Below are positions 8,661-17,874 of a DNA stretch of 42,884 nucleotides, piece after piece. Position 1 is the first letter of the stretch; the number at the start of each line of letters is the position of its first letter. Under the pieces are notes generated by a model. That model did no database searches, had not been told where the DNA came from, and worked only from the letters and a program-made list of their open reading frames with translations. The position numbers were made by a program, and so were the translations under genes. Origin of the DNA: Paracoccaceae bacterium (GTDB lineage Bacteria; Pseudomonadota; Alphaproteobacteria; Rhodobacterales; Rhodobacteraceae); the NCBI GenBank assembly GCA_007117005.1, contig SKHK01000138.1:1-42884 (forward strand), read 5' to 3'.

Positions 8661-11607
8661 GATTGCCCACCCGGATCGTCACCGCGTCATCGGTCAGTTC
8701 CCATTCGCCCAGGCGTGAAAGCGCGTCATAGGGGCTGCTGTCCTTGTCCTCCTTCATTGCGCGCCGGGCGGTGAAGCCCTGCGCGGGGCGCAGGTAGCGG
8801 GCCAGCAGGGTGGCGAGTTTCCCGCGGTGTTCGGCAAGATCGCCCTCTGACACCGGCGCCGCCACGGTCTTGAAGCTGCTGCCGACGCCGACGAAACCCG
8901 CGCCCGTGACCGGCGCCGGGTACAGCCCCGGGAAGGCACCGTCCTCTGCCATCAGCGCCAGCAGAATCAGTTGCTTGTCGAAATGCTCTTGTTGCTTTGC
9001 CGTCGGCGGGGTGCCGGTCTTGTAATCGGCGATATAGAGGCTGCCATCGGGCAAGGTGTCGATGCGGTCCGGCTTGCCCGTCAGGGTAAAGGCGGGCTGG
9101 CTCAGGGTCCAGGTGCCGGTCTTTTCGGCCAGCGCCGGGGTGCCGGGCTGCTCGGCGTTCCAGCGGGCAAAGTCTTCGGCCACGCGCGCCAGCCGCGCCC
9201 GCCAGAAATGCCGCGTGGCAGGCGCGGGGATGTCCTGTTCCAGCATATCGGCGGCCATGGTCAGCAGCGCATCCGGCGCAGGGGGCTGGCCGGGGGGATG
9301 GGCGCGCACATAGGCGTCGAAAAGCCGGTGCAGGACGATGCCACGCAGCCGCGCGTCCGGCTGGGGCGAAAGGGGGTCAAGCACGCGCAGGCCCAGCACC
9401 GCCTCCGCGTAGATCTGATAGGGGTCACGGATCAGGGTCTTGACAGCAGTGACGCGCAGCTGACGCGGCCGGGCCGAGGCGGGCGGCGCCGGTGCGGGGC
9501 GGGGCGAGGGGGTTTTCACCGCGGGCGGCAGGGTGCTGTGATCGGCCTCGAACGCCCGCGCGGTGTCCAGCCAGTGCCGGCCGCGCGCGCGCATCGCCGC
9601 CAGCGCTTCGGGGCCCTGCTGATCGGGCAGGCCTGCGATCAGGTTGGTCAGGCGGTTCAGCCAGCGGGCGGGCACGGTTTCGGCCTCGGCATCGCGGCGG
9701 GCGCGGGTCAGCACCACGCCGGGCGCGCAGGCGGCCTGCTGGAAATCATGCGCGGCCAGGCCGATCTGGCGTTCGGGCAGCAATAGCCCCGCCTGCAGGC
9801 GCATCTGCCGGTTCAGCCAGGGGTCGGGCGTGGGCATGGCGGGCCATGTGCCTTCGTTCAACCCGGCGAGCACGGTGATCTCGGCGGCGACCTCGCGCGC
9901 CTCGCGGATGCCGTGGATGCTGACCAGCGGGTGAGCGGCCGCACCGTCGCGCAGGGCCTGCCCGGCCAGCAGGCGGTCGATCAGGGCGGTATAGTCCAGA
10001 TGGGACAGCACGCCACCCGCCGCGGCCTGGTCCTGCAACTCGGCCATCAGGGTCAGCGCGGCCTCGCCCGCCGGTTCCTCCCACAGCGCGCCGGTGCCCG
10101 CGCCCGACGGCCCGCGCGCCAGGGCTTCCGCCAGCGCCCGGTGGCGGGTCAGCCAGTCGGCCAGCGGGGTCTCTGCGGCCATGTCTGCCGTCAACAGGGG
10201 CGCCAGCCAGCCGGCCCAGGCCTGGCGCGCGGGGTCATCGCCGGCCCAGCGGGCCAGATCGGCGGGCGCCGGGTACAGGGTGCCGCGCCGGCGCAGGGTC
10301 AGTTCCAGCGCGCGGGTCAGCAGCAGATGCGGGCCGCGGTCGGTGGCGGAATGGGTAATGGGGTGCTTGAGCAGGATGACCAGCGCCTCGGCCGTCAGCG
10401 GCCCGGCCAGTGCCTGTGCCACATGGCGCAGAAAGCGGCCGGCGGCGGACAGGCCCAGCGGCCGGCCTGCGCTGTCATCGGGGCGGATATGCCAGCGGTC
10501 CAGCGCGGCCGAGACCTGCCGCGCCAGCGCCCGGTCCGGCGTGATCAGCGCTGCGCGCTGCCCCGTAGCGGCGGCATCGCGCAGGATCAGCGCGATGGCC
10601 ATGGCCTCGGCCCGCGGGGTGGGGGCCTCGATCAGCGTCAGGTTCACGGTGGCGGCGGGCAGGGCGCCCAGCCCGGCCCCTTCCGCGCGCCACTGGTCAG
10701 TCACCGGCGCGGGGCGCAGTGCCAGAGAAATCAGCGCCGCGCGGCCTGAATCCGGGGCGGGGGAGTCGGACCAGCGGTCCACATCGCCCGGGGCCACGCC
10801 CAGCGCGCGGATCAGGGCGGCGAGGCGGAACTGGGGGTGATCCTCGCCCTGCAGGGGGTCGTCCAGCCGGTCCCAGACGAGTTGCGGCATGTCGAAATCG
10901 AACCCCGGCAGCACCACCGCGCCCTGCGGCAGCCGCGCCACGGCCTGCATCAGCATCGCCGTGGCGGAACGAGAGCCGGTAGAGCCCACCACCAGCACCG
11001 GATCGGCAGGCGGGGTGGCCTGCCAGCGGGCGATCTGTGCCTCGACCGCCATGCGCTGGCGGCGCTGGGTATCCGGCGCGGCATCCGCGCCCAAATAGCC
11101 CGTGACCAGCCGCAGAAAGCCCAGGGACCGCGCCCAATGCGCGGAATGGTCGCTGACGTCCAGCCGGTCCAGCGCATCGAAGGGCACGCCCTCTGCCTGC
11201 ATCTCGTCCAGGAGCGTGGCGAGCGATTCGGCCAGTGCGAAGGCGGCGGCGCGCGGGGCGACATCGGGTTCGCTGTCGATCAGCCGGCGCACCAGTTGCG
11301 CCAGTTCCAGATGCCGCCGCAGGGGCGAGGCCGGGGGCGGGGCCAGCATTGCCGCCTCGCCCGGCGCGGTGACCAGCCGCAGGCGCGGCAGAAAGCCGGG
11401 CTCGCCATCGCCGATCAGCGCGGCGCGCAACCGGCGCAGCATGCCGCCGCTGTTGGCCAGGATCGTCACCCGCGCCATGGCCTGCGGCGGGTGGTCCGCC
11501 ATGCGCGCACGCAGGCCCCGCACCACGGCGGCGGGGAAATCGGCGCCGGGCGGCTCGGCCAGCAGGCGGGGGTTGGCAGAGGGGGCGAACATGGGGCGGG
11601 CGAACAT
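8653..11607 (-). CDS. addB: Double-strand break repair protein AddB
   Basis: Overlaps addA start; alphaproteobacterial AddB motifs PPGADF, GSTGS, DDSAGRPL, RDPYQIYA, C-terminal GKPDRID...DYKTG nuclease. Confidence 0.93.
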   Translation of the reverse strand: MFARPMFAPSANPRLLAEPPGADFPAAVVRGLRARMADHPPQAMARVTILANSGGMLRRLRAALIGDGEPGFLPRLRLVTAPGEAAMLAPPPASPLRRHLELAQLVRRLIDSEPDVAPRAAAFALAESLATLLDEMQAEGVPFDALDRLDVSDHSAHWARSLGFLRLVTGYLGADAAPDTQRRQRMAVEAQIARWQATPPADPVLVVGSTGSRSATAMLMQAVARLPQGAVVLPGFDFDMPQLVWDRLDDPLQGEDHPQFRLAALIRALGVAPGDVDRWSDSPAPDSGRAALISLALRPAPVTDQWRAEGAGLGALPAATVNLTLIEAPTPRAEAMAIALILRDAAATGQRAALITPDRALARQVSAALDRWHIRPDDSAGRPLGLSAAGRFLRHVAQALAGPLTAEALVILLKHPITHSATDRGPHLLLTRALELTLRRRGTLYPAPADLARWAGDDPARQAWAGWLAPLLTADMAAETPLADWLTRHRALAEALARGPSGAGTGALWEEPAGEAALTLMAELQDQAAAGGVLSHLDYTALIDRLLAGQALRDGAAAHPLVSIHGIREAREVAAEITVLAGLNEGTWPAMPTPDPWLNRQMRLQAGLLLPERQIGLAAHDFQQAACAPGVVLTRARRDAEAETVPARWLNRLTNLIAGLPDQQGPEALAAMRARGRHWLDTARAFEADHSTLPPAVKTPSPRPAPAPPASARPRQLRVTAVKTLIRDPYQIYAEAVLGLRVLDPLSPQPDARLRGIVLHRLFDAYVRAHPPGQPPAPDALLTMAADMLEQDIPAPATRHFWRARLARVAEDFARWNAEQPGTPALAEKTGTWTLSQPAFTLTGKPDRIDTLPDGSLYIADYKTGTPPTAKQQEHFDKQLILLALMAEDGAFPGLYPAPVTGAGFVGVGSSFKTVAAPVSEGDLAEHRGKLATLLARYLRPAQGFTARRAMKEDKDSSPYDALSRLGEWELTDDAVTIRVGNHD

Positions 11608-11711
11608 GGACGCCAGCCTAGCGCGGGCGCCGGGCGATGGCGATAGGGCAATGGGTTGTCCCCCCCGCCCCGCGCCGCCATATAAGGGGCGCGCAACCAG
11701 GGGGCGGGCAG

Positions 11712-12278
11712 ATGAGCGACGAACGGTTTCCCGGCTGGCACGGCACCACCATCCTGGCGGTGCGGCGCGGCGGCGGGGTGGTCATTGCCGGGGATGGGCA
11801 GGTCAGCCTGGGCCAGACCGTAATCAAGGGCAGCGCGCGAAAGGTGCGCCGGCTGGAGGTTTCGGGCCATGCCGTTGTCGCCGGTTTTGCCGGGTCCACC
11901 GCTGATGCCTTTACCCTGCTGGAACGGCTGGAGCGCAAGCTGGAGGCCACGCCCGGCCAACTGGCCCGCGCCTGTGTCGATCTGGCAAAGGACTGGCGCA
12001 TGGACAAGTATCTGCGCAATCTGGAGGCGATGCTGATCGTCACCGACGGGCGCGATCTTTACGTGATCACCGGCGCGGGCGATGTGCTGGAGCCGGAACA
12101 TGATGTTGCCGCCATCGGCTCTGGCGGGAATTTCGCGCTGGCCGCGGCGCGCGGGCTGATGGAGACCGACCTGGACGCCGAGATCGTGGCGCGAAAGGCC
12201 ATGGCCATCGCCGCCGATATCTGCGTCTACACCAACGGCGCGCTGACTGTCGAACGGATCGACCGCGCGGATACCTGA
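11712..12278 (+). CDS. hslV: ATP-dependent protease peptidase subunit HslV
   Basis: [10 protein letters not shown]-terminal Thr nucleophile after a short propeptide, [28 protein letters not shown]. Confidence 0.96.
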   Translation: MSDERFPGWHGTTILAVRRGGGVVIAGDGQVSLGQTVIKGSARKVRRLEVSGHAVVAGFAGSTADAFTLLERLERKLEATPGQLARACVDLAKDWRMDKYLRNLEAMLIVTDGRDLYVITGAGDVLEPEHDVAAIGSGGNFALAAARGLMETDLDAEIVARKAMAIAADICVYTNGALTVERIDRADT

Positions 12279-12356
12279 GCCTGTGTGCGGCCGGGTTGTC
12301 TGGCGGCGGGCAGGCGGCTAGGGTGCAGAGAATGCGCCCGATGACAGGATGCGACC

Positions 12357-13373
12357 ATGGCGGATGCGGCCCCCTCTGACGACATGGCGATGGCCGACCT
12401 GCCAGAGGCCGCGTCGCCGCCGGTGACGCTGGGCGAGGCGATTGCCATGATCGACCGGCAGTTCGGCGTGGAAAAGCTGCTGGGGGATGCCGGCAAGCAG
12501 GTGGTAGAGCCCTATTACCGCCAATCCGTGCTGGTCTATGAGCAGTTCTACGAAAAATACCTGTCGGTACCGGGCTGCATGCATTTCGGCCTGGACCATG
12601 ACGGGCGCTTTACCCGCCGCGGATTCTACGAACAGGCCCGCGCGATCAGAAAGCTGATCCGAAAGATGGGCACCGTCCGCCAGGTGCTGGAGGTCGGCTG
12701 CGGCAAGGGCGTGAACACCATCCGCGTCGCCGGTGCCTGCCCCGAGGTGTCCTTCACCGGGCTGGACCTGCTGTCAGACCATGTGGAAAAGGCCACCGCG
12801 CGCAGCGCCGATCTGCCCAATGCGCGTTTCGTGCAGGGCAGTTTCGAACCCATTCCGGCGTCGCTGAGCGGGGCGGATGTGATCTTTGGCGTCGAGACGC
12901 TGTGCTATGCCAATGATCTGGACGCGGTCTGCCAAAGCATCGCCGACAGCCTGAACCCGGGCGGGCGGCTGGTGATCTTTGATTGCTTCCGCGAAGACGA
13001 CAAGGGCCCGGTGTCGGATCAGATGCGTCTGGCCACCCGGTTGCTGGAGGTCGGCTGGGGCGTGCCCGCCGGCTATCGCAGCGCGGCGGAATGGTGCGCG
13101 GCGCTGGAACGCGCGGGGCTGAGGATGCATTGGGTCAAGGACGAGACCGCCAACGCCCTGCCCAGCGTGACAAAGCTGCAGGGCTTTGCGATGCGCTTTT
13201 TCGGTGACTGGAAGCTGCGCATGCAATCGCGCATCCTGCCGGAACTGGGGCGGCGCAACGCAGTGACGGCGATCCTGATGCCGCTGCTGTTTCAGGGCCA
13301 GCCGGGCAACGGGCCGGATGCCACCGCGCCCGGCGTGTCCTACATGCGGCTGGTGGCGCGCAAGCCCGGGTAG
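12357..13373 (+). CDS. Class I SAM-dependent methyltransferase, substrate unknown
   Basis: Motif I VLEVGCGKG, TGLD, ARFVQGSF, ETLCY, LNPGGRLVIFD; AGGA RBS upstream. Confidence 0.85.
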   Translation: MADAAPSDDMAMADLPEAASPPVTLGEAIAMIDRQFGVEKLLGDAGKQVVEPYYRQSVLVYEQFYEKYLSVPGCMHFGLDHDGRFTRRGFYEQARAIRKLIRKMGTVRQVLEVGCGKGVNTIRVAGACPEVSFTGLDLLSDHVEKATARSADLPNARFVQGSFEPIPASLSGADVIFGVETLCYANDLDAVCQSIADSLNPGGRLVIFDCFREDDKGPVSDQMRLATRLLEVGWGVPAGYRSAAEWCAALERAGLRMHWVKDETANALPSVTKLQGFAMRFFGDWKLRMQSRILPELGRRNAVTAILMPLLFQGQPGNGPDATAPGVSYMRLVARKPG

Positions 13374-13387
13374 CGCGGGGCACGCCC

Positions 13388-14578
13388 TCAGCGCGCCCCC
13401 GCCAGCACCTTGCCCAGCGCCTGCGCCACGGCGGGGATGCTGTCTTCGGTCAGGCCTGCCATGTTCATGCGCCCGCCGGGCACGATATAGACCCCGGCCT
13501 CTTCACGCAGTCGGGCGATCTGATCGGCGTTCACATCGAGGACCGAGAACATCCCCCGCTGCGCGGCCAGAAAGCCCAAACGGTCGGACCCGGTCTCGGT
13601 CCGCAGCGCATCGGCCAGCGCGCCGCGCAGCCCCTGCACGCGCTGGCGCATCGTCTCAAGCTCCTCCTGCCAGTTCAGCCGCAGCGCCGGGTCGGTCAGG
13701 ATGGTGCTGACCACCCGCGTGCCGTGATCGGGCGGAAAGCTGACCGAGGCGCGGTTGATGCTGGCCAGCGTGCCGGTGACCAGCGCGCGCTCTTCCTCCG
13801 GGCAGGTGACCAGGCAGATGCCGGCGCGTTCGCGGTAGAGCCCGAAGTTCTTGGCCGCCGAGGCCGCGATGATCACCCGCGGCAACCGCGCCACCAGATG
13901 GCGCAGCCCGGCGGCATCGGCATCCAGCCCCTCGCCGAAACCCTGATAGGCGATGTCGACAAAGGGGATCAGGCCCTTCGCCTCGATCAGTGCGGCGATC
14001 TCGGCCCAGTCCTGTTCACGCGGGTCGGCGCCGGTGGGGTTGTGGCAGCAGCCGTGCAGCAGCACCACATCGCCCGGTTTCGCCTGCGCCAGATCGTCCA
14101 GCATGCCCTGCCGGTCCAGCACCCCCTCGGCCGCGTCATAGTAGCGATAGCTTTGCTGCGTCAGGCCGACGGCATTGGCCAGGACGTTGTGGTTGGGCCA
14201 GGTCGGCGTGCTGATCCAGACCTGCGCGGCCGGGTTGGCGGCGCGGATCAGTTCCATTGCCATGCGCACCGCCCCGGTGCCCCCCGTCGCCGCCGAGGCC
14301 GCGATGCGCGATGCCGGCACCACGCCGCCCAGCAGCAGACCCGCCATCGCCTCGTTATAGGCGGCGTCGCCGGTCAGCGCGACATAGCCCTTGGTGTCCT
14401 GCTGCTCGACCAGCCGCGCCTCGGCGGCTTTGACCGCGCGCATGACGGGGGTGCGGCCCTGCGCATCCTTGTAGACGCCGACGCCCAGATCGACCTTCCG
14501 GTCGCGAGGGTCCTCGCGGAAAAGCTGCATCACGGCCAGGATGGCATCGGGCTTCGGGGCGGGGAGGGTGTGAAACAT
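13388..14578 (-). CDS. tyrB: Aromatic amino acid/aspartate aminotransferase (class I, AspC/TyrB type)
   Basis: DLGVGVYKD, PTWPNH, LHGCCHNPTG, DIAYQGFG, PLP-Lys motif SAAKNFGLYRER, GRMNMAG. Confidence 0.92.
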   Translation of the reverse strand: MFHTLPAPKPDAILAVMQLFREDPRDRKVDLGVGVYKDAQGRTPVMRAVKAAEARLVEQQDTKGYVALTGDAAYNEAMAGLLLGGVVPASRIAASAATGGTGAVRMAMELIRAANPAAQVWISTPTWPNHNVLANAVGLTQQSYRYYDAAEGVLDRQGMLDDLAQAKPGDVVLLHGCCHNPTGADPREQDWAEIAALIEAKGLIPFVDIAYQGFGEGLDADAAGLRHLVARLPRVIIAASAAKNFGLYRERAGICLVTCPEEERALVTGTLASINRASVSFPPDHGTRVVSTILTDPALRLNWQEELETMRQRVQGLRGALADALRTETGSDRLGFLAAQRGMFSVLDVNADQIARLREEAGVYIVPGGRMNMAGLTEDSIPAVAQALGKVLAGAR

Positions 14579-14602
14579 CGGTTCGTCCTTGTCGGCCCGC
14601 TG

Positions 14603-15169
14603 TCACAGCAGCGGCTGGTGGAATGTCTGGTCGCGGGTCAGCACGCGCTCGCGTTCCTCGGTGCGCACGGGGGCAAAGCCGAAACGCTGATAGCGGATCA
14701 GGGCGCGGGGGTGGTCCAGCGTGCAGGTATTGACGGTCATCCGCTGAACGCCCGGCATGTCCCATCCGGTCAGGATGGCGGCCTGCAGCAGCCAGGCACC
14801 CAGCCCCTTGCCGATGGCCTGCGGCACCAGGCCGAAATAGGCCAGATCGCAGGTGCCGGCCTCGCGCCCGTCCAGCAGGAAGAAGCCCTGCGGCCAGCCC
14901 GCACCCATCAGCGTGTAAAGCCGCACCATGGGATCGGCCAGCCAGGCGGCGACGTCTTCCTGCGGACCCTGATGCAGGTCGGTCCATTCGTAATCCCGGC
15001 CCACGGCATCATAAAGCGCCAGCAGATACCAGGCGGGCGGGCCGTCGGCGCGCAACAGCGCGGCATCATGGCCCACCGGCATGGGTGGCCAGCCAAAGCG
15101 GGGCCGGTTGGTCATTTCCAGCCAGGTGACGCGGTATCTGACCCGTTCGCCGGCGCGGAAGGCGTGCAT
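14603..15169 (-). CDS. GNAT family N-acetyltransferase
   Basis: YFGLVPQAIGKGLG acetyl-CoA motif, VNTCTLDHPRAL..YQRFGF. Confidence 0.85.
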   Translation of the reverse strand: MHAFRAGERVRYRVTWLEMTNRPRFGWPPMPVGHDAALLRADGPPAWYLLALYDAVGRDYEWTDLHQGPQEDVAAWLADPMVRLYTLMGAGWPQGFFLLDGREAGTCDLAYFGLVPQAIGKGLGAWLLQAAILTGWDMPGVQRMTVNTCTLDHPRALIRYQRFGFAPVRTEERERVLTRDQTFHQPLL

Positions 15170-15173
15170 GGTC

Positions 15174-16040
15174 TCAGCCCGTCTCTATCGGCAGGTCGGG
15201 GAACATGCCCCATTCCGCCCAGGACCCGTCATAAAGCGCGTGCTTGCGGTGGCCCACGCGCTGCAGCGCCAGGGACAGGATCGCCGCACTGACGCCGGAC
15301 CCGCAGGAGGTGATGACGGGCCGGTCCAGCGCCACGCCCGCGGATTCGATCACCGCGCGCAACTCGGCTGGCTGTTTCATTGTGCCGTCGCCGTTCAGAA
15401 GCTCGGTGAAGGGCACGTTCCTTGCGCCCGGAATGTGGCCCGCGCGCAGTCCCGGGCGGGGCTCTTCCAACTCGCCCCGAAAGCGCGGCGCGGGGCGGGT
15501 ATCGACGATCTGCCAGTCGCCCAGTTTCGACGCCGCCGCCACCTGCGCCACATCGCGCACCAGATGCGCCTGGCGCTGCACGGTGATGTGGCGGTCGCGC
15601 ATGACGGGCGGCATGTCCTCGGTCGGGCGCCCCTCGGCCTGCCATTTGGCGAAACCGCCGTCCAGCACCGCGACATCGGTCTTGCCCATCAGACGAAAGG
15701 TCCACCACACGCGCGGGGCGGAAAACACCCCCATCCCGTCATAGACTACCACCTGATGGCCGTCGCCGATGCCCATGGCGCGCATGCGGCTGATGAATTT
15801 CTCCACCGGCGGGGCCATGTGGGGCAGGGAGGACCGCTGGTCCGAAATCTCGTCGATATCGAAGAAACGCGCGCCGGGAATATGGGCGGCGTCGTATTCG
15901 GCGCGGGCATCGCGGCCCATGTCCGGCAGATACCAGGAGGCATCTATCACCCGCAGGTCGGGGCTGCCCAGATGCGCCTCCAGCCATTCGGTGGAAACCA
16001 GCGTGGTGGGGTCGTCGGCGGGGCTGGGCGTCAGGGGCAT
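15174..16040 (-). CDS. sseA: 3-mercaptopyruvate sulfurtransferase
   Basis: Tandem rhodanese domains: HIPGARFFD, active-site CGSGVSA, LYDGSWAEWG. Confidence 0.94.
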   Translation of the reverse strand: MPLTPSPADDPTTLVSTEWLEAHLGSPDLRVIDASWYLPDMGRDARAEYDAAHIPGARFFDIDEISDQRSSLPHMAPPVEKFISRMRAMGIGDGHQVVVYDGMGVFSAPRVWWTFRLMGKTDVAVLDGGFAKWQAEGRPTEDMPPVMRDRHITVQRQAHLVRDVAQVAAASKLGDWQIVDTRPAPRFRGELEEPRPGLRAGHIPGARNVPFTELLNGDGTMKQPAELRAVIESAGVALDRPVITSCGSGVSAAILSLALQRVGHRKHALYDGSWAEWGMFPDLPIETG

Positions 16041-16115
16041 GGCTGGCTTTCCACTTGCAAGGCGCGTCGCCCACCGTTACCCGGCAGGGCGCAATGAGGC
16101 AAGGCCGGCATACAC

Positions 16116-17198
16116 ATGCGCCAGACTCTGACCCAACTCTATGATGCCCGCGCCGCGGCGGGTGCGTTGCGCGCGGATGCGGCGCAGCGCGGCGTGCTGC
16201 CGGCGCTGGAGGCGCTGCGCGCGCGGCTGGAGGCGCCGGTGCCCGCGCGCAAGGGCTTTCTGGCGGGGCTGCGCAAGGCAAGGCCCGAACCCGCGGGGGG
16301 CATCTATCTTTGGGGCGGGGTAGGGCGCGGCAAGTCGATGCTGATGGACCTGTTCACGGATGCCGTGGACCTGCCCGCCCGCCGCCGCGTGCATTTCCAT
16401 GCCTTCATGCAGGAGGTGCACGCCGGCATGCATACCGCCCGCGCGCGCGGGGTCGAGGATGCGCTGGCCCCGGTGGCCGAGGCGGTGATCGCCGATCTGC
16501 GGCTTCTGGCATTCGACGAGATGCAGATCACCGACATCACCGATGCGATGATCGTGGGGCGGCTTTTCCAGATGCTGATGGACGGGGGGGTGCATATCGT
16601 CACCACCTCGAACCGGCCGCCCGAGGATCTGTACAAGGACGGGCTGAACCGCGGCCTGTTCCTGCCCTTCATCGCCTTCCTGCGCGACCGGATGCAGGTG
16701 ATCGAACTGGAAAGCGAGACCGATTACCGCCAGCACCGGCTGGAGGGCGCGCAGGTCTGGTTCCAGCCCTCCGGCGCCGCCGCCCGCGAGGGGATGCAGG
16801 CGCTGTGGGACGAATTGACGGGGGGCGACGCGGGCGCACCCCTGCGGTTGACGGTCCAGGGCCGGGGGGTGGAACTGCCGCATCACCATAACGGCGTGGC
16901 GTGGGCGGATTTCTGGGCGTTGTGCGGCCAACCGCTGGGGCCGGCGGATTACCTGGCGATTGCGCAGGCGGTGCGGGTGCTGTTCATCGCGGACATTCCG
17001 CGCCTGTCGACCACGAATTACAACGAGGCCAAGCGCTTTGTTACCCTGATCGACGCCTTGTACGAGGCAGGCGTGCGCCTGATCGCCAGTGCCGCCGATG
17101 CGCCCGAGCGTCTTTATGCCGAGGGGGCGGGGGCGTTCGAATTCGAGCGCACCGCCAGCCGCCTGCGCGAGATGCAGGGTGCCGACTGGGGCGCCTGA
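16116..17198 (+). CDS. zapE: AFG1/ZapE family ATPase
   Basis: GIYLWGGVGRGKSMLMD, RVHFHAFM, FDEMQITDITDAM, TSNRPPEDLY, RFVTLIDALYE, FEFERTASRLREM. Confidence 0.93.
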   Translation: MRQTLTQLYDARAAAGALRADAAQRGVLPALEALRARLEAPVPARKGFLAGLRKARPEPAGGIYLWGGVGRGKSMLMDLFTDAVDLPARRRVHFHAFMQEVHAGMHTARARGVEDALAPVAEAVIADLRLLAFDEMQITDITDAMIVGRLFQMLMDGGVHIVTTSNRPPEDLYKDGLNRGLFLPFIAFLRDRMQVIELESETDYRQHRLEGAQVWFQPSGAAAREGMQALWDELTGGDAGAPLRLTVQGRGVELPHHHNGVAWADFWALCGQPLGPADYLAIAQAVRVLFIADIPRLSTTNYNEAKRFVTLIDALYEAGVRLIASAADAPERLYAEGAGAFEFERTASRLREMQGADWGA

Positions 17199-17240
17199 GT
17201 GCGGATAGGCTGGGCCGGGCGGATGCCGAGGGGACCGGGC

Positions 17241-17322
17241 AAGGGGGCTCCCGCGCCTCGCCGCGTGCCGCGTGCCGCTGGCACGCGGCTGCGGCTTGGG
17301 CCACGCGCGCTGCGCGCGCGGT
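17241..17322. repeat. GC-rich palindromic REP-like element after zapE
   Basis: Perfect 10-bp hairpin GCCGCGTGCC-gct-GGCACGCGGC (17267-17289), tandem CCGCGTG duplication, second palindrome CGCGCGC-t-GCGCGCG; one copy in window. Confidence 0.4.
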
Positions 17323-17357
17323 TGTGCCCCGGGGCTGACGGTGCGCCCCATCCCTGT

Positions 17358-17371
17358 GTGATCCAGATCAA
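17358..17371 (+). promoter_or_regulatory. FNR/FnrL-type box
   Basis: GTGAT-CCAG-ATCAA, one mismatch to TTGAT-N4-ATCAA, about 85 nt upstream of the 17457 ATG. Confidence 0.6.
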
Positions 17372-17380
17372 GGACGAGCC

Positions 17381-17398
17381 TTGTTGCACATGCAACAA
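17381..17398. promoter_or_regulatory. Perfect palindromic operator candidate
   Basis: TTGTTGCA-CA-TGCAACAA: 8-bp perfect inverted repeat, AT-rich in a GC-rich background. Confidence 0.6.
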
Positions 17399-17456
17399 TG
17401 CAGGTTGATGGCGCCGCCCGTTCCGGGGCGGGGCCGGTAACCGACAGGAGACGACC

Positions 17457-17711
17457 ATGGGCCTTGCCGACAGGATCGACCGCCACGCCATGCTGTTTCA
17501 TCGTATGGCCGACACCGTGAATGCCGATCTGGGGGACGCCCTGATCGACGGGCGCATCGATGGTCAGGGCATGCGCGCCGCCGTCTTTCAGTGCATGACC
17601 TGCGAAAAGCCCGAGGCCTGCCCGGGCTGGATGGACGCCCACCCCGAAGGAGCGACAGAGGCGCCGGACTTCTGCCGGAACAAGGCGCTGCTGAAGCATC
17701 TGTCCGCCTGA
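17457..17711 (+). CDS. Small four-cysteine protein (DUF6455-like)
   Basis: AGGAG RBS; 84 aa with CMTC-x5-C and APDFCRN, resembling the Rhodobacterales DUF6455 family. Confidence 0.82.
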   Translation: MGLADRIDRHAMLFHRMADTVNADLGDALIDGRIDGQGMRAAVFQCMTCEKPEACPGWMDAHPEGATEAPDFCRNKALLKHLSA

Positions 17712-17778
17712 ACCGCCACGTCTGATCACTGCACCTCATCACTGGGCGTGCCGGCTCCGGCCGGCTGCATCAGGACGA

Positions 17779-17812
17779 AAAACCCGCAACGCCGTCCGGC
17801 GCTGCGGGTTTT
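17779..17812. terminator. Bidirectional intrinsic terminator between the 4-Cys gene and serA
   Basis: AAAACCCGCA-a-CGCC gtcc GGCG-c-TGCGGGTTTT hairpin with A and T tracts, between convergent genes. Confidence 0.75.
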
Positions 17813-17874
17813 CACTTGCCCCTGGTTTCGGGCGGGGCTGGCCCCGCCCCGCTTGGGGAATCACGCCCGGTTGA

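Noticed and set aside
6765-8774. 669-aa plus-strand ORF and other long antisense ORFs (13724-15292, 16077-17729, 20739-22304, 22456-23976, 36955-38904, 38977-40227)
   Set aside because: They mirror well-supported genes on the opposite strand, show no protein motifs, and are expected from stop-codon scarcity at high GC.
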